A DNA stretch of 64,000 bases from an uncultured archaeon (lineage in GTDB: Archaea > Asgardarchaeota > Lokiarchaeia > Sigyniarchaeales > SOKP01). The stretch spans positions 78,841-142,840 of the forward strand of contig CAZALK010000013.1 in the NCBI GenBank assembly GCA_964486045.1. Direction: 5' to 3'. The position numbers and the translations under genes are program-made. The notes beneath the pieces are model-generated. The model searched no databases, was not told where the DNA came from, and was given only the letters and a program-made list of their open reading frames with translations. Of the stretch, positions 1 through 9,922 are shown piece by piece; the first letter of the stretch is position 1; every line of letters begins with the position of its first letter.

Positions 1-1
1 A

Positions 2-2959
2 ATCGTTGCAATGATTATTTATGTTGCTCCTGATCTTATTCCTTTTGGTTTTGGTGCACGATTTCAAACTATTCTTAATCCTTTATTTCGTGAAAACATA
101 AGCTTGGTCGCCTCTGTTGCAGAACAAATGCCGAGTCCGTGGGCTGTTTTCTACTATAATACACTAATTCCATTGATATTAACCCCTCTAGGAATTTATT
201 TCTGTTTTAAACTTTTAAATGCTCCGGAGATATTATTAATGGCGTTTGTGCTCTTAATGTTTTATTTTACAGGAAGTATGATCCGGATTATCTTAATATT
301 TTCCCCTGCAGTTTCTTTAATGGGCGCTTATGGATTAGTAAGTATACTTAACATTTTTGGGAGTTTTTTAGGAGAAAGAAGAGAGGGTGTTAGTAGAAAA
401 CGTAAAAGACAATTAAAAGGAACGGTGGGGAATTCTGAAGTACTTGCTTTATTTATGATTGTCGGTTTTTTAGGAGTTGCCCAAGTCGTTCATGCAACAA
501 ACATTTCAATAAATCAATTTTCCTTTACTCAGATTAATCCTGCGGGAGTTGTTCATGATTGGGAGGAAGTTCTGATATGGATGAGATCTAACTTACAAGG
601 TACTGATGTTGTAGTGTCTTGGTGGGATTATGGTTATTGGCTTACCCCAATTGGCAATGTGACGACAGTAAATGATAACGCTACAATGAATCATACCAGA
701 ATAGGTTTAACAGGTATGGCTCTAATGCAAACCGACGAGATATACAGTGCAAAAGCATTTAAAATGTTAGGTGCAGAATATGTTTTAGTCTATTTTGGTT
801 TAATGATTACCGGCTTAGGTGGAGATGAAGGAAAATGGCCTTGGATGGTAAGGATTTGTAACGATAATTATGCACAATACAAAAAGTTAGGTATGGAAGA
901 AGACAATTGGGAAGAAAATTCTGTATTTAAAGAAAGTGACTATCAAGATCTAACTACTGGAAGAATGGGTGAAAAATGGTTCCAGAGCCAATTAATTAGA
1001 TTGATGTTTTTTGGTGTACCAACAGATCCAAATGCCCTCGAACAAAACGATATTCGACTAACTTATGCTAATAAGATTAATAGCGACGTTACTCAAGGGG
1101 GTCAAGTATGGAAAGATTTTATTCCTAATAACGGTGCTTATGATTTCAATATATTTATACCAACCTACTTCTCTAATATGGGATTAGTTAAATTGTATAG
1201 AATAGATTATACTGTTTTAGAATCTAATTTCTTGATCCAAGATGCAAAAATATTTGATAATGGTTATGCAGTGTTCAACCTTCGAAATACAGGGACAAAG
1301 GACTTATTAATTAAAAATGTTAAGGTCAATGGAATAGATTACGATTTTAGTATGGGAGAGAGTGAAATAACGCATTTAGTAGAAGATGGTGATTCAGATA
1401 TGGTATGGGTTGATATGAAATCACAGGGAACACCTTTTCAAGAGGACGATGTTGTAGAAATTAGTGTTACCGCTGAATCCGAGGGATTAGGAGGAAAACC
1501 GTATGAATTTTCGAACAGCACAAGCAATTTCTTCGTTAAAAAAGCAGAACAAGGAGAGTTAAAAATTAATAAGAGAAATAGTAAAGTAATTCAAAAAAAT
1601 CCTACAGAGACTGAATTGTTTCTTGAAGTAGAAAATGTAGGGAATACAACTGAAATTCTTGATAGGTTTTACCTTAATGATGACATAGAAGAAAATAGAA
1701 TTGATCCAACAGATATTGAATATCTAATCGGATCATCTATATTAAATCCCGGAGATTTAGCTAGTATTCATATATCTAATGTGACTACTAACTTTTACCC
1801 AATTAGAACATACAATAAGGTTGGAGTAGCAACCCCAAATGAAATAAGAGATGAGATGTTATTTTCATCCACTAAGGAAAATTATTCTTTATCTGTCTTA
1901 AGTGATGAGAGAATTCTATCACCTGAGGTTTTAGCATCCATTGATAGTAACTACCGAAAACACATCCCCATTAACCTCAATATGACTCATGCCTATACTT
2001 ATGACAACGGAAGTACGATAATTAAAATTAATGTGAATAATACTGGTGATGTTATATTTGGGATAGATTCAATATACTTGACAGAATCCTTGATCGAAGT
2101 AGATTTTGCAGATTTTTACACTGAAAGCGGAAGTTTAATATTAGATCCAAATGAGGAAGATTTTATTGTCGTTGATGTAACTGATTATGCTGATTTCAGT
2201 GTAAATAATGAAATTCTAGTGAGTGTTACAGGTAGTTTTGGGACAACAACGACTTCAGATGCATTTTACGTGCATACAATAAAAGATCAAGTAGATATCC
2301 AATTAATTGAAAATATCGAGGGGACAACAACATCATACATTTATGCCAATGAAACTGGTAAATTACTAATTAAAAACACGGGAGATGAATTAATTACTAT
2401 TGATGAAATATATGTAAATTCTACGCTCACCAGTAACTTATCATATCTCTATGGAGGTCCTATTTTAGATCTACAAGAGGTTGCAATCGTATCTTTCGAT
2501 ATTGCGGGTTTAAAGATAAATCAATCAAACAATATGATAGTAAATGTTACAACCACCTCTACTGCGGAAGTAAGCGCAACATTAGATGCTTATGTCGATC
2601 ATGGATATTATGATTTAAGAATTGATGGCGCAGGTACTTCTATATTTGATATTGCAAACATGACTTTATTATTTACTAATTACGGACAACAAAATGTGAC
2701 TATTGACTCGGTTTATGTTAACAATACTTATTTACCCCTATCAAACCTATTCGTTAATTTTAAGAGCACTTGGATACCATTAACTAGTAGTAATTTAGAA
2801 GCTTTTGAATTAGGAATAGGTAATTCGATGGAATTAACCATTATTGTCGATGACCTCGAATCAATATTAGGATTCCCTATTGGTGTGAGTGACGAATTAG
2901 TAATAATTATACGATTTGAAGAAGGCGCTGAAATAAGCCATGTAGAAAGTGTTATATAA
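2..2959 (+). CDS. aglB: Oligosaccharyltransferase AglB/STT3 (5'-partial), with a long C-terminal extension of repeated beta-rich modules
   Basis: Multiple TM segments, then SWWDYG, DNAT and DEGKWPWM (DK-type) motifs. The frame is open to the window edge. About 5 repeats of N(T/V/Y)G-x5-(I/L)-x4-(V/L) follow in the C-terminal half. Confidence 0.93.
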   Translation: MVAMIIYVAPDLIPFGFGARFQTILNPLFRENISLVASVAEQMPSPWAVFYYNTLIPLILTPLGIYFCFKLLNAPEILLMAFVLLMFYFTGSMIRIILIFSPAVSLMGAYGLVSILNIFGSFLGERREGVSRKRKRQLKGTVGNSEVLALFMIVGFLGVAQVVHATNISINQFSFTQINPAGVVHDWEEVLIWMRSNLQGTDVVVSWWDYGYWLTPIGNVTTVNDNATMNHTRIGLTGMALMQTDEIYSAKAFKMLGAEYVLVYFGLMITGLGGDEGKWPWMVRICNDNYAQYKKLGMEEDNWEENSVFKESDYQDLTTGRMGEKWFQSQLIRLMFFGVPTDPNALEQNDIRLTYANKINSDVTQGGQVWKDFIPNNGAYDFNIFIPTYFSNMGLVKLYRIDYTVLESNFLIQDAKIFDNGYAVFNLRNTGTKDLLIKNVKVNGIDYDFSMGESEITHLVEDGDSDMVWVDMKSQGTPFQEDDVVEISVTAESEGLGGKPYEFSNSTSNFFVKKAEQGELKINKRNSKVIQKNPTETELFLEVENVGNTTEILDRFYLNDDIEENRIDPTDIEYLIGSSILNPGDLASIHISNVTTNFYPIRTYNKVGVATPNEIRDEMLFSSTKENYSLSVLSDERILSPEVLASIDSNYRKHIPINLNMTHAYTYDNGSTIIKINVNNTGDVIFGIDSIYLTESLIEVDFADFYTESGSLILDPNEEDFIVVDVTDYADFSVNNEILVSVTGSFGTTTTSDAFYVHTIKDQVDIQLIENIEGTTTSYIYANETGKLLIKNTGDELITIDEIYVNSTLTSNLSYLYGGPILDLQEVAIVSFDIAGLKINQSNNMIVNVTTTSTAEVSATLDAYVDHGYYDLRIDGAGTSIFDIANMTLLFTNYGQQNVTIDSVYVNNTYLPLSNLFVNFKSTWIPLTSSNLEAFELGIGNSMELTIIVDDLESILGFPIGVSDELVIIIRFEEGAEISHVESVI

Positions 2960-2982
2960 TATTCTTAAAAAAAAATCTAATA

Positions 2983-3005
2983 TATTTTTATTTCATTTTT
3001 TTTTC
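2983..3005 (+). terminator. Putative archaeal oligo-T terminator after aglB
   Basis: T-tracts (tattttatttcatttttttttc) shortly downstream of the aglB stop. Confidence 0.4.
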
Positions 3006-3109
3006 GAAAAAATCAAAATATACTATTCATTAGAATATTCATAGACTTATCTCCTATATATTGGACCTAGTCTTAAAATAAAATTAAAAAACAATATTTG
3101 AAACCAATC

Positions 3110-5116
3110 ATGAGCATAGGCTTTCAACTCCACACAAATTTTAAACCCTCAGGAGATCAACCTTTAGCAATTTCTAAACTAGCTAAGAATATCAGAGAGG
3201 GAAAATGCTTTCAAACTTTATTAGGTGCTACTGGTACTGGGAAAACTTTTACAATTGCCAATATTATTCAAGAGATCCAAAGACCCACATTAGTAATGGC
3301 ACCTAACAAAACATTGTCCGCACAGTTGTATAATGAGCTTAAGGAATTATTCCCAAACAATGCAATCCATTATTTTGTTTCTTATTATGATTATTATCAG
3401 CCAGAAGCGTACATGCCGGTTTCAGGTCTCTATATTGAAAAAGATTTCTCTGTAAATGAGGAGATAGAAAGGTTAAGGTTAGCATCTGCTCACGCAATAA
3501 GAACAAGAAAAGATGTTATAATTGTTGCTACGGTTTCATGTATTTATGGTGTTGGAGATCCAGAATACTGGGAATCTGTAACCCTTTATGTAGAAACTGG
3601 TCAGACAATTAAAAGATCAGAAATTCTTTCCAGTTTAATAAAGATAAATTATGAAAGAAAAAGCATAGAATTTAAACCAGGTTCAGTTAGAGTAAAAGGA
3701 GATATTATAGATATTTTCCCTGCGTACACTGAAATTGCGATACGAATTTCGATGTTTGGAGATGAAATAGAATCGATACAAGAAATACACCCGATATCTA
3801 ATAGAGTATTAAGAGAATTACCGAATTACAGAGTGTTTCCTGCCACACATTTTATGATCCCAGAGGAGAACAAAATTAAAGCTCTGCAATTAATTGAAAA
3901 AGAATTAGAAGAGAGAATAGAATTTTTTAAGAAACAAAAGCTATGGGCAGAGGCTCAGAGAATTGAAAGGAGGGTCAAATTTGATTTAGAGATGATACGG
4001 GAAATGGGGTGGTGTAAGGGTGTTGAAAATTATTCTAGACCGCTTTCTTTAAGGGCTCCTGGAACACCCCCAATGACATTGATTGATTATTTTCCTGAAG
4101 ATTTTTTAATTGTAGTAGATGAAAGTCATGTAACTATCCCCCAGATACATGGAATGATTGGAGGGGATCGCTCACGCAAAAAAAACCTTGTTGAATTCGG
4201 CTGGCGCTTACCAAGTGCAATTGATAATCGCCCTCTTACATTTGAAGAATGGGAAAGTAAAATCAAAAAAATCATCTTTATGAGCGCTACGCCTGGAAGT
4301 TATGAAATCAAGAAGAGTAATGGCATTTCTGCAGAACAAATTATCAGACCTACAGGATTAGTAGATCCTGAAGTAGAAATTCGACCTGCAAAAAATCAAA
4401 TCGATGATTTATTAGGTGAAATAAGAAAAGTTGTTGCAAATAATGGTAGAGTGCTCATTACGACTCTTACAAAGAGAATGTCAGAAGATATTGCAGAATA
4501 TTATACCAAATTAGGAGTAAAAATCGCCTACTTACATTCAGAAGTAGATACAGTAGAACGATTTGAAATTTTAAGGCATTTAAGAGACGGGACTCATGAT
4601 GTGATCGTAGGAATAAACCTTCTGAGAGAGGGATTAGATTTACCAGAAGTTAAATTAGTCGCGATATTAGATGCTGATAAACTTGGATTTTTACGCGATA
4701 AACGCTCTTTAATTCAAACAATAGGAAGAGCTTCAAGAAATGTAGAAGGGAGAGCAATATTATACGCTGACAAAGTATCTATTGCAATGAAAGCGGCTAT
4801 TGATGAAACAAATAGAAGAAGGGAAAAACAAACTAAATTTAATGAAACGCATGGAATAACCCCTCAAACTATAAAAAAAAATATATTACAATCTCTATCA
4901 GAGGAACATAAATATAATGAGAGAGAAGTTAAAAAATTAAAGCAAAAAGTAAAATCTAAGATTGATGAGTTAGAAAAAGAAGGAGATATGGAAGTAGTGA
5001 TCGAATATCTTGAAAATAAAATGTTTATGGCTGCTAAAGAACTTCGATTTGAAGATGCAGCTTATTTGCGTGATAGAATAAAGGATATAAAACAAACTTA
5101 TAAAATAACAACATGA
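3110..5116 (+). CDS. uvrB: Excinuclease ABC subunit B
   Basis: GATGTGKT Walker A, FVSYYDYYQPEAY beta-hairpin, DESH, GINLLREGLDLPEV and a C-terminal UVR coil. Confidence 0.98.
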   Translation: MSIGFQLHTNFKPSGDQPLAISKLAKNIREGKCFQTLLGATGTGKTFTIANIIQEIQRPTLVMAPNKTLSAQLYNELKELFPNNAIHYFVSYYDYYQPEAYMPVSGLYIEKDFSVNEEIERLRLASAHAIRTRKDVIIVATVSCIYGVGDPEYWESVTLYVETGQTIKRSEILSSLIKINYERKSIEFKPGSVRVKGDIIDIFPAYTEIAIRISMFGDEIESIQEIHPISNRVLRELPNYRVFPATHFMIPEENKIKALQLIEKELEERIEFFKKQKLWAEAQRIERRVKFDLEMIREMGWCKGVENYSRPLSLRAPGTPPMTLIDYFPEDFLIVVDESHVTIPQIHGMIGGDRSRKKNLVEFGWRLPSAIDNRPLTFEEWESKIKKIIFMSATPGSYEIKKSNGISAEQIIRPTGLVDPEVEIRPAKNQIDDLLGEIRKVVANNGRVLITTLTKRMSEDIAEYYTKLGVKIAYLHSEVDTVERFEILRHLRDGTHDVIVGINLLREGLDLPEVKLVAILDADKLGFLRDKRSLIQTIGRASRNVEGRAILYADKVSIAMKAAIDETNRRREKQTKFNETHGITPQTIKKNILQSLSEEHKYNEREVKKLKQKVKSKIDELEKEGDMEVVIEYLENKMFMAAKELRFEDAAYLRDRIKDIKQTYKITT

Positions 5117-5157
5117 AATTTATCCATCATTATTAATTGACAAAGTTAGGAAAAAAT

Positions 5158-8031
5158 ATGAACGAGAACGCTATCATTATTAAGGGAGCTAGACAAAATA
5201 ACCTTAAAAACATTGACGTTATCATTCCTCGAAATAAATTAATTGTAATGACAGGAATTAGTGGGAGTGGGAAGTCTAGTTTAGCAATGGACACTTTATA
5301 TGCAGAGGGACAAAGAAGATTCTTAGAATCATTGTCAAGTTATGCAAGACAATTCTTAGGTGAGATGGATAAACCTGATGTTGATTCAATTGAAGGATTG
5401 TCTCCTGCAATAGCAATTGAGCAAAAATCACTATCTAAAAATCCAAGGAGTACTGTAGGAACAGTCACTGAGATCTATGATTATTATAGACTATTATTTG
5501 CTAATATTGGAATACCTCATTGCCCTACTTGCGGAAAAGAAATAAGACCTCAAACCCCACAACAAATTATCCAAATTGTTTTAAATTCTATTAAGGCAAA
5601 TCAAAAGTTTCTGATAAAAGCTCCAGTTATCAGGGATCGAAAGGGAGAGTACAAAGAGCTCCTTCAGGATTTGAAAAAACAAGGCTATGTAAGAGTAGAA
5701 ATTGATGGAATTCAATATACATTAGATGAACAGATATCCATGGAAAAAAATATCAAACATAATATTAATGTAATTATTGATAGGTTAGTGATGGGTGGAG
5801 AAATTAAAACTAGGCTAGCTGATTCCATCGAAACTGCCTTAGAACTAACAGATGGCTTAGTTATTATTGAAGTTATTGACAAAGGAGTGCAAATTTATTC
5901 AGAACATCTTGCCTGCATTGATTGTAAAACATCATTTCCACCATTAGACCACAAAATGTTTTCATTCAATATTCCTCATGGGAGTTGCAAATATTGCAGC
6001 GGGTTAGGTACAGTTATGGAATTTGATCATAGTTTAATAATAGGAAACGATTTAACTGTTCCACTTAAAGAAACTCCAATCAGAAATATTCCCGGATTTG
6101 GATCTTTAGATGGATATTCTTGGCAATCCATTATTCAGGTAGCTAAACATTACGGATTTAATGCTAATAAATCTCCACTTCAAGATATTAAACCTGCTAA
6201 ACTCCAAAAAATATTGTTTGGTTCCAAAGATGAAGCAATTAAATTTCATTTTGAAAGTAACGGAAATGATTTTAAAAATCAGAATGGAGAACATAAATCA
6301 TCTTGGGACGTAGCTAGACCTTTTGAAGGTGTGATTCCTTTGTTACATAGAAGGTACATGGAAACTCACTCTGATTGGGCTCGTGATACGTATGAAAATT
6401 TTATGAATCGTATCGATTGTCCACAATGCAAAGGAAAAAGGTTAAGGCCAGAAAGCTTATCCGTAACTATTAATAAATTGAATATAGCACAATTAACTGA
6501 TATGGCTGTGAAAAAATCTGTCAAATTTTTTAACTCGTTACAGCTAAGTGAGACTGAGGTATCAATAGTAAAAGATATTATGAAAGAAATTTTTGATAGA
6601 TTGTCGTTTCTAGACAATGTAGGGTTGGATTATATTTCATTAAGTCGCCGTTCGGATACACTATCGGTTGGAGAAGCAGAAAGAATTAGATTAGCAACTC
6701 AATTAGGTTCGAGCTTGGTAGGTATATTATATGTTTTAGATGAACCAAGTGTTGGTTTACATCAAAGAGATATAAATCGTCTCATAAGTATGTTGAAAAA
6801 ATTAAGAGATTTGGGCAATACCGTCATTGTGGTCGAACATGATGAAGCAATAATGCAAAATGCGGATCACATTATTGATTTAGGGCCTTTAGCTGGTGCT
6901 CACGGTGGGGAAATAGTAGCTGAAGGGACATTGGAAGATATTGCAAAATCAGATACGCTAACGGGAAAATATCTTTCAGGTAGAGAAAAAATAAAAATCC
7001 CAAAAAATCGTCGTATATCAACTAATGAAAATCTTGAGATCTTAGGAGCACGAGAGAATAACCTCAAGAACATAGATGTAAAAATTCCTTTAGGGCTATT
7101 TACTTGTGTAACTGGTGTTTCAGGGGCGGGTAAAACTAGCCTAATTATAGAATGCTTATATAAAGGATTACATAATCTGATAAATACACGTAGTTCCAAA
7201 ATAAAAAAAGGAGATTTTGACACCATCAAAGGGTATGACAAAATAGATAAAATCATAAATATTGATCAATCTCCAATAGGAAGAACTCCAAGATCTGTAC
7301 CGGCGACATATACAAAAGCTTTAGATTACATTAGAGATCTTTTTGCTGGATTGATAGAATCTAGAGAAAGAGGGTATAAAAAAGGCAGATTTAGTTTTAA
7401 TACTAAAGCGGGGCATTGCAAAAAATGTAAAGGTACTGGATATATACTCAAAGAAATGTATTTCTTACCGGATGTATATCTTAAATGTGATTTATGTAAA
7501 GAAAAAAGATATAATGCAGAAACTTTGGAAATAAAGTATAAAGAGAAAACGATTTCAGATGTTTTAAAAATGACATTCAATCAAGCATTAGAATTTTTTG
7601 AAAATATTCCAAAGTTAAAAAGAACCTTAAAGACTGTAGTAGATGTAGGGTTGGGATATTTAGAACTAGGTCAATCATCAACTACATTGAGTGGGGGAGA
7701 ATCCCAAAGATTAAAAATTGCCCGAGAACTAAGAAAAACTAGTACAGGAAACACTTTATATATTTTAGATGAACCAACAACAGGTTTACATATGTATGAT
7801 ATTCAATTTTTAATTAATGTTTTACAAAAATTAGTAGATATAGGAAATACCGTTATTATTATTGAACATAACATGGATATTATAAAATCTGTTGATTACA
7901 TTATTGATCTTGGACTTGAAGGTGGAGAGAAAGGGGGGGATATTGTTACAATGGGCACTCCTGAAGAAATAATTAAAAATAACCATTCTTATACTGCCGA
8001 ATATTTAATTAGATATCTAAATAACAATTAA
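5158..8031 (+). CDS. uvrA: Excinuclease ABC subunit A
   Basis: GARQNNLKN, GISGSGKSSL, YAEGQRR, two ABC ATPase modules and CxxC zinc fingers. Confidence 0.98.
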   Translation: MNENAIIIKGARQNNLKNIDVIIPRNKLIVMTGISGSGKSSLAMDTLYAEGQRRFLESLSSYARQFLGEMDKPDVDSIEGLSPAIAIEQKSLSKNPRSTVGTVTEIYDYYRLLFANIGIPHCPTCGKEIRPQTPQQIIQIVLNSIKANQKFLIKAPVIRDRKGEYKELLQDLKKQGYVRVEIDGIQYTLDEQISMEKNIKHNINVIIDRLVMGGEIKTRLADSIETALELTDGLVIIEVIDKGVQIYSEHLACIDCKTSFPPLDHKMFSFNIPHGSCKYCSGLGTVMEFDHSLIIGNDLTVPLKETPIRNIPGFGSLDGYSWQSIIQVAKHYGFNANKSPLQDIKPAKLQKILFGSKDEAIKFHFESNGNDFKNQNGEHKSSWDVARPFEGVIPLLHRRYMETHSDWARDTYENFMNRIDCPQCKGKRLRPESLSVTINKLNIAQLTDMAVKKSVKFFNSLQLSETEVSIVKDIMKEIFDRLSFLDNVGLDYISLSRRSDTLSVGEAERIRLATQLGSSLVGILYVLDEPSVGLHQRDINRLISMLKKLRDLGNTVIVVEHDEAIMQNADHIIDLGPLAGAHGGEIVAEGTLEDIAKSDTLTGKYLSGREKIKIPKNRRISTNENLEILGARENNLKNIDVKIPLGLFTCVTGVSGAGKTSLIIECLYKGLHNLINTRSSKIKKGDFDTIKGYDKIDKIINIDQSPIGRTPRSVPATYTKALDYIRDLFAGLIESRERGYKKGRFSFNTKAGHCKKCKGTGYILKEMYFLPDVYLKCDLCKEKRYNAETLEIKYKEKTISDVLKMTFNQALEFFENIPKLKRTLKTVVDVGLGYLELGQSSTTLSGGESQRLKIARELRKTSTGNTLYILDEPTTGLHMYDIQFLINVLQKLVDIGNTVIIIEHNMDIIKSVDYIIDLGLEGGEKGGDIVTMGTPEEIIKNNHSYTAEYLIRYLNNN

Positions 8032-8116
8032 TTTTTAAAACTAAACTTAAACATAATTCAACATTTATGTAAATATTCATTAATATTTATTAATTAATTT
8101 AGATTCGTGATATCGT

Positions 8117-9922
8117 ATGGCAGAAGTTGAAGGGAAGATAATTAGAGCACCTATTACCTGCATATTGGGTCATATAGATCACGGTAAAACAACTATTCTT
8201 GATTATATTAGAGGAACCGTAGTCCAGCAAAGAGAAGCCGCTGGAATTACCCAACATATAGGTGCATCTTATTTTCCAACCGAAGATATTAAAATATTTT
8301 TAAGCAAATCTAAACAAGAATTCGCAGAAAAAGATATTAAACTCCCAGGAATATTAGTAATTGATACACCTGGACACGCAGCTTTTTTAAATCTTCGACG
8401 TCGTGGTGGAGCTGTAGCAGATATAGCAATATTAGTAATTGATGTAACTGCAGGGACTATGCCAATAACCTGGGAATCTGTAAGAATTTTAAAAGAGAGA
8501 AAAACACCTTTTATAATAGCAGCAAATAAAATAGACAGAATTTTTGGATGGAAGTCAAAAAAAGATGCAGATTTTTTAGATTCATACAATACTCAAGCAC
8601 CCCATGTTAAAGACTTCCTGGATGAAAAAATTCTTCAAATAATGGGAAATTTCTTAGAAGAGGGATATAAGGGGATAGAGAGATACGATAAAATAAAAGA
8701 TTTTACAAAACAAATCGCAATTGTGCCTACAAGTGGGAAAACTGGTGAGGGGATTTCTACTCTCTTGCTGGTTTTGATGGGATTAGTTCAGCAATTTTTA
8801 ACAAAAAATTTGAAGTTTTCTGAAGGACCAGCTAAAGGTGTGGTTTTGGAAGTTAAAAAGGAGAAAGGACAAGGAAAAACTATGGATGTATTGATCTACG
8901 ATGGTATTATTAATAAGGGCGACGAATTTATCGTAGGGGGATTAGAAAAACCAATAAAATCAAAAGTAAGAGCGTTGTTAATTCCAAAACCATTAGACGA
9001 GATAAGAGATCCTAGACAAAAATTTGATTCAGTTGATTTTGTAGCAGCAGCGGCAGGAATTAAAATTCTTTCACCAAATATCGATGATGTTGTAGCAGGA
9101 TCCCCTTTTAGGGGGATTGGAGATCCTTCTGAAGAATCTGTGATATATAAAGAAGTTGAATCTGAAGTAGAAAGCATTCGTATTAAAACTGACAAAGCTG
9201 GGGTTGTTTTAAAAGCAGATACTTTAGGATCTCTTGAAGCATTAGAAAATTATTTTTCTAAGAATGATATTAAAATCAGCATTGCCGATGTAGGACCAAT
9301 TAAAAAAGAAGATATAATCAATGCTAATATTGTAAAAGAATTTGACCCATACTCTGCGACCGTACTTGGATTTAATGTTCCGATACTTCCTGAAGCAAAT
9401 GAACAAGCACTTATTGATAACATCCGGATTTTTACTAATAATGTTATTTATCGATTATTAGAAGATTATATTGAATATGCTGATACAAGAAAAGCGGAAG
9501 ATACTGCTAAAGGACTAAGCGAATTAATACAACCTGCAAAACTAAAAATGATTCCAGATTTTATCTTTAGAAATTCAAATCCAGCTGTATTCGGTGTAAA
9601 AGTTGAATCTGGAACTTTGTATCCAAAGGTACCTCTGATCACTGGAGAGGGAAAAAGAATCAAAAGAATCCATCAAATTCAAGACAAAGGACAAACTGTA
9701 GAAAAAGCTTTGGTGGGAACGGAAGTTGCAATTTCTATTCGAGGTATCGAAATAGGAAGAGAAATTGGAAATGATGAAACTCTTTTTGTAAATGTCCCAG
9801 AATCCCATGTAAGGCAATTTATGGGAAAATTCAGTGACGAACTGACCACAAATCAAAAACAAGTTCTTAGAGAATTCGTCATTTTAATGCGAAAGACGAC
9901 GCATCCTTGGTGGGGTATGTGA
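8117..9922 (+). CDS. infB: Translation initiation factor aIF5B (archaeal IF2)
   Basis: IRAPI..LGHIDHGKTT, AGITQHIGA, DTPGH, NKID and KADTLGSLEAL; about 600 aa, the archaeal size. Confidence 0.97.
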   Translation: MAEVEGKIIRAPITCILGHIDHGKTTILDYIRGTVVQQREAAGITQHIGASYFPTEDIKIFLSKSKQEFAEKDIKLPGILVIDTPGHAAFLNLRRRGGAVADIAILVIDVTAGTMPITWESVRILKERKTPFIIAANKIDRIFGWKSKKDADFLDSYNTQAPHVKDFLDEKILQIMGNFLEEGYKGIERYDKIKDFTKQIAIVPTSGKTGEGISTLLLVLMGLVQQFLTKNLKFSEGPAKGVVLEVKKEKGQGKTMDVLIYDGIINKGDEFIVGGLEKPIKSKVRALLIPKPLDEIRDPRQKFDSVDFVAAAAGIKILSPNIDDVVAGSPFRGIGDPSEESVIYKEVESEVESIRIKTDKAGVVLKADTLGSLEALENYFSKNDIKISIADVGPIKKEDIINANIVKEFDPYSATVLGFNVPILPEANEQALIDNIRIFTNNVIYRLLEDYIEYADTRKAEDTAKGLSELIQPAKLKMIPDFIFRNSNPAVFGVKVESGTLYPKVPLITGEGKRIKRIHQIQDKGQTVEKALVGTEVAISIRGIEIGREIGNDETLFVNVPESHVRQFMGKFSDELTTNQKQVLREFVILMRKTTHPWWGM

